A stretch of 64,000 nucleotides of DNA, taken from an uncultured Clostridia bacterium (lineage in GTDB: Bacteria; Bacillota; Clostridia; TANB77; CAG-465). The notes beneath the pieces are model-generated. The model searched no databases. It worked only from the letters and a program-made list of their open reading frames with translations, and was not told where the DNA came from. Made by a program: the position numbers and the translations under genes. Of the stretch, positions 31,449 through 40,704 are shown in pieces (within the stretch, counting starts at the first letter, position 1; every line of letters starts with the position of its first letter). The stretch covers positions 1,453-65,452 of the forward strand of contig CAOYAN010000008.1 of the NCBI GenBank assembly GCA_948562205.1, read 5' to 3'.

Positions 31449-31468
31449 TTAATTATATTTATAGTATT

Positions 31469-31882
31469 TTATTTCTTATTTAAAAAATCAATAAGTTCTT
31501 CTTTCCACTGATTTGCGCCTCTATGATAATTACAAAAATCATAGCCAAGTTTTTTAACCTCTACCTTACCAGTACTCCCAGTTTTTGCAGTATCAAATAA
31601 TACAAATACTTTTTTTGGAAATTTAACTTTATTTGTTATTTTACCTGATCTTAAAAAATCAATAGCAGGTTTTAGAAATATGTCACTTTCAAAGCCATTT
31701 GTTTCTTGCACCATGATATCCATTATAATTGCATCATATTCATAATTTGTATCTTTTAACAAATGTTTAGCAAACCAAGTGTCTCTTGCAAGACTAATAT
31801 CAATTCTCTCATCAACACATCTTATAGTACCAATAATTGCATCTGTCACATCTTCTAAATAACTTATTACAAGTACTCTCAT
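31469..31882 (-). CDS. orphan receiver (REC)-like / flavodoxin-fold protein
   Basis: 137 aa. MRVLVIS... and DAIIMDIMV resemble the beta1 and beta3/Asp region of response-regulator receivers. The acidic pocket is atypical and there is no output domain or kinase nearby. Confidence 0.35.
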   Translation of the reverse strand: MRVLVISYLEDVTDAIIGTIRCVDERIDISLARDTWFAKHLLKDTNYEYDAIIMDIMVQETNGFESDIFLKPAIDFLRSGKITNKVKFPKKVFVLFDTAKTGSTGKVEVKKLGYDFCNYHRGANQWKEELIDFLNKK

Positions 31883-32066
31883 AATATACTACCTCCTAAA
31901 ATAATTATATTTTATTCTACAAAATATTACAAAAATAATAATATCATTTTTAAACTTTATTGTCAATTTTTATTTTTTTTAATTTAAAAATTACGTAAGC
32001 TGTTAATTTATTTTTTATTTATTTTTCTAAATAACAAAATATGACATTTTTATTACAACAAAATAT

Positions 32067-32095
32067 GAATAATAATCTATTTTTTACAAATAATA
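32067..32095 (+). promoter_or_regulatory. putative sporulation-sigma promoter of the CotF-like gene pair
   Basis: GAATA (32067-71), 17 nt, AATAATA (32089-95). Same spacing and the same 17-mer as upstream of spoVAC. Confidence 0.4.
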
Positions 32096-32122
32096 TTATT
32101 GTGATTTAAAAGGAGGATTTTT

Positions 32123-32305
32123 ATGGATAGTTTAAATCAAATAGAAATACAAAATATTAGACACATCTGTGGTCACGGAACAAATTTTTGTGATAAAATA
32201 ACTTATTACAAAACATTAACTCAGGATACTAATGTAACTGATCTTTTAGATAGCTTATGTCAAGAATTAAATACTCTTAAAAGTAAGCTTTCTTCAATGC
32301 TGTAG
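32123..32305 (+). CDS. small spore-coat-associated (CotF-like partner) protein
   Basis: 60 aa. AGGAGG RBS. Sits 11 nt upstream of a Coat-F-like ORF. Assignment rests mainly on pairing and context. Confidence 0.45.
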   Translation: MDSLNQIEIQNIRHICGHGTNFCDKITYYKTLTQDTNVTDLLDSLCQELNTLKSKLSSML

Positions 32306-32316
32306 GAGGTGTTATT

Positions 32317-32559
32317 ATGACAGAAAAAGTAGCTTTAGATGATGTACTTTCATGTACAAATTCAACTATAACATTATTATGTTATACTATACAACAAGCA
32401 AACAACAAAAATTTTAGAGATACAATTGTAGAAGCAAGAGATAACTTAGAAAATCTACAATGGCAAATTTATTTATTAAATAAACAAAAGGGATACTATG
32501 TTCCTGCAGCACCAGCAGGTGAAGCAGATATTGAACAAGTAAAAAATGCAATTAAGTAG
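32317..32559 (+). CDS. Coat F domain (CotF-like) spore coat protein
   Basis: 80 aa. Helical Y..I..A.N..FR..I pattern and GYY.P near the C-terminus as in Coat_F proteins. GGAGGTG RBS. Confidence 0.6.
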   Translation: MTEKVALDDVLSCTNSTITLLCYTIQQANNKNFRDTIVEARDNLENLQWQIYLLNKQKGYYVPAAPAGEADIEQVKNAIK

Positions 32560-32560
32560 T

Positions 32561-32592
32561 AAAATAAAATGGGGAGACTAAAACTTATTTTT
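32561..32592 (+). terminator. intrinsic terminator of the CotF-like pair
   Basis: GGGGAGACTAAAA ... TTTTAGTATTCCCC stem directly after the stop, followed by T-rich sequence. Confidence 0.7.
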
Positions 32593-32886
32593 AGTATTCC
32601 CCTATATTTATTATTATACTATTTGTGTTTAATATTCAATTCCTTATCTCGTATTTGTAAGTAAAGTTTTCTTTTTCAAACATTATATTACCATATTTAT
32701 ATTTAAACTTATTAATTTAATAAGTTCTTTTTTCTGATTTTTTATAGTATTTTATATAATTATGACATTCTCTTCAACTTTAAAAAATATAACTTATTAT
32801 CATTTTTGCTTAAAAATTATTTTTAAACAAATATTTATTTTTAATGTATTTTTCCTTTTTATTTCTGTATTTTTTATTATTAAACA

Positions 32887-32954
32887 TTGACATATCTAGT
32901 TATATATATTATTATATATATGAACATAATAATTGTCAAGTTTGAAATGTTCAT
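32887..32954 (+). promoter_or_regulatory. promoter and 5'-UTR inverted repeat of the DUF3800 gene
   Basis: TTGACA (32887-92), 17 nt, TATTAT (32910-15). ATGAACAT (32920-27) and ATGTTCAT (32947-54) form an 8-bp inverted repeat starting near +1. Confidence 0.45.
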
Positions 32955-32975
32955 ACTGATAAAAGGAGAAATTTT

Positions 32976-33725
32976 ATGTATATAGTTTTTATAGATGAAT
33001 CTGGTCAACCTGGAGGATGGAATAAAGATGAGAAATGTCTAACTACAAACAGCAGTAAATTTTTTACATTAAGTGGATTTATGATTGATGCTAATAATAT
33101 ACTTGAAATAGAATCAAAATTTAAGGATATAAAAATAAAATATGGATTAAATGAATATACAGAAATCAAATGGAGTTGTTCATACTCAAAATTAGGACTA
33201 AATTTTGAGCAATATATAAATATGAAAAAAGATATCATAGAAATAATTTCTAATTATAAAAACTCAGTTATTGGAATCATAATGGATAAAGAGTATTGTT
33301 ATAAATATAGAACTGAAATTAAAAATCATAATGACTTATATGCATTTTCATTAAACTTATTAATGGAAAGAGTATGTATGGAAATATCTGATAGAGATGG
33401 AAGAAATGCAATAACTCCTGCTTTAATGTTTACTGATAGTAGAAAAAATGATAACAATAATAAACTAGATAAAGAATTACAAATAGCGTATATTCGAGCA
33501 CGAAGTTTAGGAACTCATTATTTAAAATTTTCTAATTTTTGTGAAAGCTTAGTATTCATAGACTCTAGCTTTTCATCTGGAATACAATGTGCTGATTTTT
33601 GTGCTGGAGCAATACATAAAAAGTTTGAATCAGATGATGATACATTTTTCAATATATTAACACTTGCAATTAGATGTAATAAGGAAAACAATATCTACGG
33701 AAATGGCATTAAAATATATAAATAA
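32976..33725 (+). CDS. DUF3800 domain-containing protein
   Basis: 249 aa. N-terminal VFIDESG and C-terminal IQCADFCAGAI match the two conserved blocks I associate with DUF3800. AAAAGGAG RBS. Confidence 0.7.
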   Translation: MYIVFIDESGQPGGWNKDEKCLTTNSSKFFTLSGFMIDANNILEIESKFKDIKIKYGLNEYTEIKWSCSYSKLGLNFEQYINMKKDIIEIISNYKNSVIGIIMDKEYCYKYRTEIKNHNDLYAFSLNLLMERVCMEISDRDGRNAITPALMFTDSRKNDNNNKLDKELQIAYIRARSLGTHYLKFSNFCESLVFIDSSFSSGIQCADFCAGAIHKKFESDDDTFFNILTLAIRCNKENNIYGNGIKIYK

Positions 33726-33728
33726 AAA

Positions 33729-33789
33729 GTGGCTGATGAGGTTAGCTGTCTAACCTAACACACATTTTGTTTGTGCTCCATCAGCCTAC
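33729..33789. other. GC-rich three-way-junction (Y-shaped) structure, probable bidirectional terminator or small RNA 3' end
   Basis: Outer stem GGCTGATG (33731-38) with CATCAGCC (33779-86), extendable with a bulge. Inner hairpins GTTAG-ctgt-CTAAC (33741-54) and CACA.A-loop-T.TGTG (33759-75). On the minus strand it is followed by CTTTTTATTT. Confidence 0.5.
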
Positions 33790-33826
33790 TTTGTTCTGTT
33801 ATAAATATTATATAATTTATTATTTA

Positions 33827-33848
33827 AAATGTCAAGTATTTGACATTT
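33827..33848. repeat. perfect 9+9 palindrome between convergent genes
   Basis: AAATGTCAA-gtat-TTGACATTT. Confidence 0.6.
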
Positions 33849-33879
33849 ATTATATTATATGTAAAAAAAATAAATTTAT

Positions 33880-34470
33880 TTAACTTATATCATCTATTTC
33901 TAAATCATCTTCTTTTTTCTTTTCTAAAGTCTTTACTTTCTCTACTTTTTCTGGTGTTTTCTCTTCTTTTTCTTGCTCTCTTGTTTTATTGGCAACTCTT
34001 TTTTTGATATCACTTAATTCTTTTTGAATAGTAGGTGAAGAAATATTTTTAGAATGCTCAGATATGTCTCTTTGTTTTATAATTGGATTTAAAACATGTC
34101 TAATAAAATATTCTAAATACATATTTTTGGCTTCTTCTTTTTTCTTCTTTTCTTTTTTTACAGTTGCATCAATAGAAGAAACTACAAAAAATTCCCCATT
34201 TTCATATATTAATTGTTCTTTTCCATCAGTGAATATAACATATTTGTCAAAATCAAGATTAATTTCATCTATTTTTTGAACAAAGTTAACACTATCTTGT
34301 GCTTCTTTTTTTAGTTTTTCAATTTCTTCCTTAGAAAGCTTTTTTTCTTTTTCAACTTTTTTTAGTATTTCTTTTAAATTTGAATCTATTAAGACATTTT
34401 CATTCTCTTTTTTATCTATTACATCTTCTGATGTTTTTAGTTCCTTTTCATCTGCTTTGTTTTCACTCAT
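33880..34470 (-). CDS. hypothetical Lys/Glu-rich protein
   Basis: 196 aa with highly charged low-complexity flanks around a short globular core (YVIFTDGKEQLIYENGEFFVV). Sits 10 nt downstream of mrnC. Confidence 0.5.
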   Translation of the reverse strand: MSENKADEKELKTSEDVIDKKENENVLIDSNLKEILKKVEKEKKLSKEEIEKLKKEAQDSVNFVQKIDEINLDFDKYVIFTDGKEQLIYENGEFFVVSSIDATVKKEKKKKEEAKNMYLEYFIRHVLNPIIKQRDISEHSKNISSPTIQKELSDIKKRVANKTREQEKEEKTPEKVEKVKTLEKKKEDDLEIDDIS

Positions 34471-34480
34471 AACCTCACCC

Positions 34481-34876
34481 CTAATTTAATTTCTCTATAC
34501 AAATTTTTACAAGTTCATCTAGCCTATTTTTTTCACCTTTAACATATAAATAACCAATTAAAGCCTCAAAACCTGTAGCTCTTTTATAATTTACAACGTC
34601 TATATTTTTAGAAACCGTATTTATATTTGTATTTCTTCCTCTTTTATATACAGACATTTCCTCTTCTGTTAATATCTCTAATATATCATCAATTGTATGT
34701 GACTGTCCTTTTGCACTAACATACTTTATTGATTCTTTGTGTAACATTCCTGTTTTTACATTACTATGAGATGCCAAATAACACCTTATATATACATTAT
34801 ATACTGCATCACCTATAAAAGCTAATGTTTGCATTGATACAGTTTGTAAATCTATATTTTTAATATACTCGTCCAT
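34481..34876 (-). CDS. mrnC: Mini-ribonuclease 3
   Basis: 131 aa. LAFIGDAVYNVYIR RNase III signature and a FEALIGYLY block. Confidence 0.85.
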   Translation of the reverse strand: MDEYIKNIDLQTVSMQTLAFIGDAVYNVYIRCYLASHSNVKTGMLHKESIKYVSAKGQSHTIDDILEILTEEEMSVYKRGRNTNINTVSKNIDVVNYKRATGFEALIGYLYVKGEKNRLDELVKICIEKLN

Positions 34877-35039
34877 TTCATTCTCCTATTTACTTTCATA
34901 AGTATTATACATTATATTATATTATTTTTCAATAGAATTTTAATATATTATTTAAATGTAATTATACATATATAATTTGACATAGATTACATAATATAGT
35001 ATAATGTTATAAATTTTAAATGTAAAGGAGAACATTACT

Positions 35040-35396
35040 ATGTCAACACGGAAAACTACAATTTTTTCTGTATTATTTATAATTCTCTTTATAATTTTTT
35101 TGGCTATACTATATGATCCTATGAAATTTGTACTTAGTACTAAAAAGAGTATAGATATAAATAATCCTGTAGAAATATCGGCTGGGGAAATTATAAATAT
35201 AACTGTTTCAAGAGGAAAAGGTGACTGGAGTGTATATGTATATTTTGACAATGATACTGAAAACAAAATTAAATTAGAGTCTAATTTTTTCTCATTTGAC
35301 GGTAGCATTAAAGCTCCAATTTCAAAAGGCATTCATTCTATGACAATTTATGTAAGTGCTTTTGAAGAAAGAACATATTATTACTTAATAGAGTAA
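35040..35396 (+). CDS. hypothetical small membrane-anchored/secreted protein
   Basis: AAAGGAG RBS, N-terminal TM helix, ends at the bidirectional terminator. I prefer it to the overlapping minus-strand ORF 34952..35332, which has no RBS. Confidence 0.55.
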   Translation: MSTRKTTIFSVLFIILFIIFLAILYDPMKFVLSTKKSIDINNPVEISAGEIINITVSRGKGDWSVYVYFDNDTENKIKLESNFFSFDGSIKAPISKGIHSMTIYVSAFEERTYYYLIE

Positions 35397-35400
35397 TAAA

Positions 35401-35424
35401 AGGTATTGCGATTGCAATACCTTT
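35401..35424. terminator. bidirectional terminator (groEL and CDS 35040..35396)
   Basis: AAGGTATTGC-gatt-GCAATACCTT, flanked by an A-run and a T-run. Confidence 0.8.
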
Positions 35425-35436
35425 TGTAATTTTATA

Positions 35437-37361
<1,925 letters not shown>

Positions 37362-37382
37362 AAAAATCGCCTCCATTCTTTT

Positions 37383-37441
37383 TTAGCACTCTTAACTTTC
37401 AAGTGCTAATTTATTATATCACACCATTTCTACGATTTCAA
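37383..37441 (-). promoter_or_regulatory. groESL sigma-A promoter with CIRCE (HrcA operator)
   Basis: Minus strand TTGAAA (37436-41), 17 nt, TATAAT (37413-18), then TTAGCACTT-N9-GAGTGCTAA (37383-37409). One mismatch to the CIRCE consensus TTAGCACTC-N9-GAGTGCTAA. Confidence 0.9.
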
Positions 37442-37548
37442 GAACTTCACAAAACTTTCACAAAATAACAATTTATCGACAAAAAATTAAGTCAAGCCCT
37501 ATATACATTATAGTATATATTCAACTTGTACAAATTTTATTACAAAAA

Positions 37549-37565
37549 AGCCACCAAATTGGTGG
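37549..37565 (-). terminator. intrinsic terminator after scpA
   Basis: GCCACCAATTTGGTGGC followed by TTTTTT on the minus strand. Confidence 0.8.
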
Positions 37566-37570
37566 CCTAT

Positions 37571-38368
37571 CTATTCCATTATATTTGCTAAATCAATTTT
37601 AATATTTACTTCATCTTTTTTAGTAACATTAATATCTGAAAATAAATATTTTTGCTCAATATCTACTTGTTTTAATTTACTAAGCTCTAATACTCCAAGA
37701 AAAGCTGTTACTACTTCTATATTATCACATACATTACTATTAAATACAGAATTAAACACCATATTATTATTATCATTTAAATAATTTACTATCTGTTTTA
37801 CTTTATCTTGTACTGTTACTTTTTCATATACAGCGAGTTTATTTAATTCTTCTGCTTTTTTATTTATTTTGTTAGCATTTCTATAAAGTATTCTAGTATA
37901 AACTTCAAACATGTCTTGAGCTGAAAAACTATCTCCAGTATATTCAAGTTTAGTATTAAAGTTTATCTTTTCAAATGGTTTTGTAAATGATCCAAAATTT
38001 TGTGAGTACATTTCATTTATCATCTCTGCAACTTCCCTGTATTTTTTATATGCAATAATTTTATTTATAATATCTTCTTCTGATACTACTTCTTCATCTT
38101 CTTTAGGCTCTATCTCAGGTAACAATTTCCTTGCCTTTATATCAAGTAGAGTAGCCGCCATCACGATAAATTCTGATGCTACTTCTATATTTCCTTCATT
38201 CATTTCTTCTAAATAATTTACATATTCATCTGTTAAATCATTTAGTGAAATATCAAATATATTCATTTTATTTTTTGATATAAGAAAAAGTAATAAATCA
38301 AGTGGTCCTTCAAAATTGTCTATTACAAATCTATACTTTTCTTTCTTATTTTTTATTATGTCTGACAT
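37571..38368 (-). CDS. scpA: segregation and condensation protein A
   Basis: 265 aa. N-terminal FEGPLDLLLFLI motif typical of ScpA kleisin. Confidence 0.85.
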   Translation of the reverse strand: MSDIIKNKKEKYRFVIDNFEGPLDLLLFLISKNKMNIFDISLNDLTDEYVNYLEEMNEGNIEVASEFIVMAATLLDIKARKLLPEIEPKEDEEVVSEEDIINKIIAYKKYREVAEMINEMYSQNFGSFTKPFEKINFNTKLEYTGDSFSAQDMFEVYTRILYRNANKINKKAEELNKLAVYEKVTVQDKVKQIVNYLNDNNNMVFNSVFNSNVCDNIEVVTAFLGVLELSKLKQVDIEQKYLFSDINVTKKDEVNIKIDLANIME

Positions 38369-39123
38369 TACACCATATCCTCTTTTTCACATTTTATAGC
38401 AAGCTCTAAAGCAAGCTCTATCATTTGATTTAGCCCTTTTTCTCTTTCATTTGAGTCTATAGATTCACCAAGTATTGGATTATCAGATACAGTAAATATT
38501 GCAAGTGCATTTTTACCAGACATTAAAGCATTTATATATAATGCATTTGTCTCCATTTCTACACCTAATACATCTAATTTAGAGACTTCAACTAAAGCCT
38601 CCCTATCTTTATAAAATACATCAGAGGTAAATATAGTTCCAACTTTAACATCATTTGTAATTTCAAGTAACTTATTTAATAATTTATCAGATGCAACAGG
38701 ATATAACTCTTCTGCACCAACAGACACAGCATAGTTAGAATCAGTATCAACATCACGTGCCACTAATATATCTTTTAAATTTACACCTTTTGCCATATCA
38801 CTTGCCACATCATTTGAAAGACTTCCTGCACTTCCAATACGTATTATATTTTCTACATCATATCCATCAAATAATTCTTTTGAATATATTCCCATAGATG
38901 GGACACCCATTCCACTTCCTTGAACAGATATCTCAACTCCTTTATAATGTCCTGTATATCCTAGCATTCCCCTTACATTATTATAACAAGTATAATCATC
39001 AAAATAATTTTCTACAATATATTTTGCTCTTAGTGGATCACCTGGCATAAGTACAGTTTTTGCTATATCTCCTAGCCTTGCTTCATTATGTGGTGTTGGT
39101 ACATTAATTTTCAATATAATCAC
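38368..39123 (-). CDS. deoD: purine nucleoside phosphorylase, DeoD type
   Basis: TPHNEA..GDIAKTVLMPGDPLRAKYI..NNVRGMLGYTG..SVQGSGMG resembles the E. coli DeoD blocks as I remember them. Confidence 0.9.
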   Translation of the reverse strand: MIILKINVPTPHNEARLGDIAKTVLMPGDPLRAKYIVENYFDDYTCYNNVRGMLGYTGHYKGVEISVQGSGMGVPSMGIYSKELFDGYDVENIIRIGSAGSLSNDVASDMAKGVNLKDILVARDVDTDSNYAVSVGAEELYPVASDKLLNKLLEITNDVKVGTIFTSDVFYKDREALVEVSKLDVLGVEMETNALYINALMSGKNALAIFTVSDNPILGESIDSNEREKGLNQMIELALELAIKCEKEDMV

Positions 39124-39542
39124 TCCTCAAAATCAAATGAGCATTGAGACAGTCCTCTCCTATATAAATATTTTTTTACTTTTATTTCTTCCATATTTTT
39201 TAACTTTCCATTAAGTAATTTTTTTATTAGCTCATTTTCGTAATCTGTTTCTTTTAGTTTTTCTACTTTTTCCTCAATTATATACTTTTTTATTCCTTTT
39301 TGCAATAGTTTTTGTTTTATCTCAAAAATAGAATAATTTAAAAGATGCATACATTGGCGTATATATGCATCTACATATTCTTCATCATTAATATAATCTA
39401 TTTTTATAAGATAATTAATAACTTCATCTATTGTATCATCGGAAAAATTACTTTTCTTAAGTTTTAGGCGTACTTCATATTCAGTTTTTTTAGCAGTTAC
39501 CAAATATCTTACAGCCTTCTCCTTAGCAACTTCAAATTCCAT
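39120..39542 (-). CDS. recX: recombination regulator RecX
   Basis: 140 aa helical repeat protein immediately downstream of recA. KAVRYL....EYEVR pattern. Confidence 0.75.
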   Translation of the reverse strand: MEFEVAKEKAVRYLVTAKKTEYEVRLKLKKSNFSDDTIDEVINYLIKIDYINDEEYVDAYIRQCMHLLNYSIFEIKQKLLQKGIKKYIIEEKVEKLKETDYENELIKKLLNGKLKNMEEIKVKKYLYRRGLSQCSFDFEE

Positions 39543-39551
39543 AAGATACTC

Positions 39552-40610
39552 CTATTCTTCTATTTCCTCTTCATCTTCAGCAGTTTCAGCTTCAGGAATT
39601 TCTCCCATACTCTTTTCGAAAGCAGCATTGAAATTATCTCTTACTTTCTTTTCTATTTCTGCCATTATTTCTGGATTTTCTTTTAAGTATGATTTTGCAT
39701 TTTCTCTACCTTGGCCAATCTTTTGATCATTATATGCAAACCAAGCTCCACTCTTATTTACAATATCCATATCTGTTGCAAGATCTAGAACACATCCCTC
39801 ATTAGATATTCCTTTTCCATAAACAATATCAAAAATAGCTTCTCTAAATGGTGGTGCAACTTTATTTTTTACAACTTTAACTTTAGTTCTAGTTCCCATT
39901 ACTTCACCATTTACTTTTATAGCTTCTTGTTTTCTTACATCAAGTCTTACAGATGCATAGAATTTTAATGCTCTACCACCTGGTGTAGTTTCAGGATTTC
40001 CAAACATTACACCTACTTTTTCACGTAATTGATTAATAAAGATTGCAACAGTATTTGACTTATTAAGTACACCTGTTATCTTTCTTAAAGCTTGTGACAT
40101 AAGTCTTGCTTGTAAACCAACATGACTATCTCCCATTTCACCATCAATTTCAGCTTTTGGTACAAGTGCAGCAACTGAGTCAATAGTTATAATATCTACT
40201 GCTCCACTTCTTATCAATTGTTCTGCTATCTCTAATGCTTGTTCTCCTGTATCTGGTTGAGCAACAATTAAATTATCTACATCTACTCCAAGATTTCTAG
40301 CATATACTGGATCTAATGCATGTTCTGCATCTATAAATGCTGCAATACCACCTTGTTTTTGAGCTTCTGCTATTGCATGTAGTGCAACTGTTGTTTTACC
40401 TGATGATTCAGGCCCAAATATTTCAATAATTCTTCCTCTTGGAAATCCTCCAATTCCCAAAGCAATGTCTAAGCTTAATGCTCCAGATGGAATAGAGTCA
40501 ATACTTACATTTCCAACTTCCCCAAGCTTCATTACTGCACCTTTTCCAAAATTTTTCTCAATTTGTGCCATTGCTATATCTAGTGCTTTTTTTCTTTCTT
40601 CAGATATCAT
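39552..40610 (-). CDS. recA: recombinase RecA
   Basis: GPESSGKTT Walker [38 protein letters not shown]. Confidence 0.98.
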   Translation of the reverse strand: MISEERKKALDIAMAQIEKNFGKGAVMKLGEVGNVSIDSIPSGALSLDIALGIGGFPRGRIIEIFGPESSGKTTVALHAIAEAQKQGGIAAFIDAEHALDPVYARNLGVDVDNLIVAQPDTGEQALEIAEQLIRSGAVDIITIDSVAALVPKAEIDGEMGDSHVGLQARLMSQALRKITGVLNKSNTVAIFINQLREKVGVMFGNPETTPGGRALKFYASVRLDVRKQEAIKVNGEVMGTRTKVKVVKNKVAPPFREAIFDIVYGKGISNEGCVLDLATDMDIVNKSGAWFAYNDQKIGQGRENAKSYLKENPEIMAEIEKKVRDNFNAAFEKSMGEIPEAETAEDEEEIEE

Positions 40611-40633
40611 AATATTTCCCCCTTAACGTGCTT

Positions 40634-40681
40634 CAAACGTTTGTTCGATATGATTATATACCTAAAAAAAGGATTTGTCAA
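40634..40681 (-). promoter_or_regulatory. recA promoter with LexA (Cheo) box
   Basis: Minus strand TTGACA (40676-81), 17 nt, TATAAT (40653-58), then CGAACAAACGTTTG (40634-47). Compare Firmicute LexA consensus CGAAC-N4-GTTCG. Confidence 0.8.
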
Positions 40682-40704
40682 CTATTTTTTTTAAATTTTA
40701 AAAA

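Noticed and set aside
33733-33790. Possible hammerhead ribozyme: CUGAUGAG followed by a stem-loop closed by C.
   Set aside because: The segment after stem II reads UAAC rather than GAAAC (G12 absent). The 15.1-16.1 pair would be C-G rather than A-U, giving a UGC triplet instead of NUH. No convincing stem I can be drawn. The alternative 8-10 bp outer stem that consumes the CUGAUGA bases is far more stable. Only a covariance-model search could revive the idea.
34952-35332. 126-aa minus-strand ORF.
   Set aside because: It overlaps almost completely with the plus-strand ORF 35040..35396, which has an AAAGGAG RBS, a clean N-terminal TM helix and ends at a terminator. The minus ORF has no RBS.
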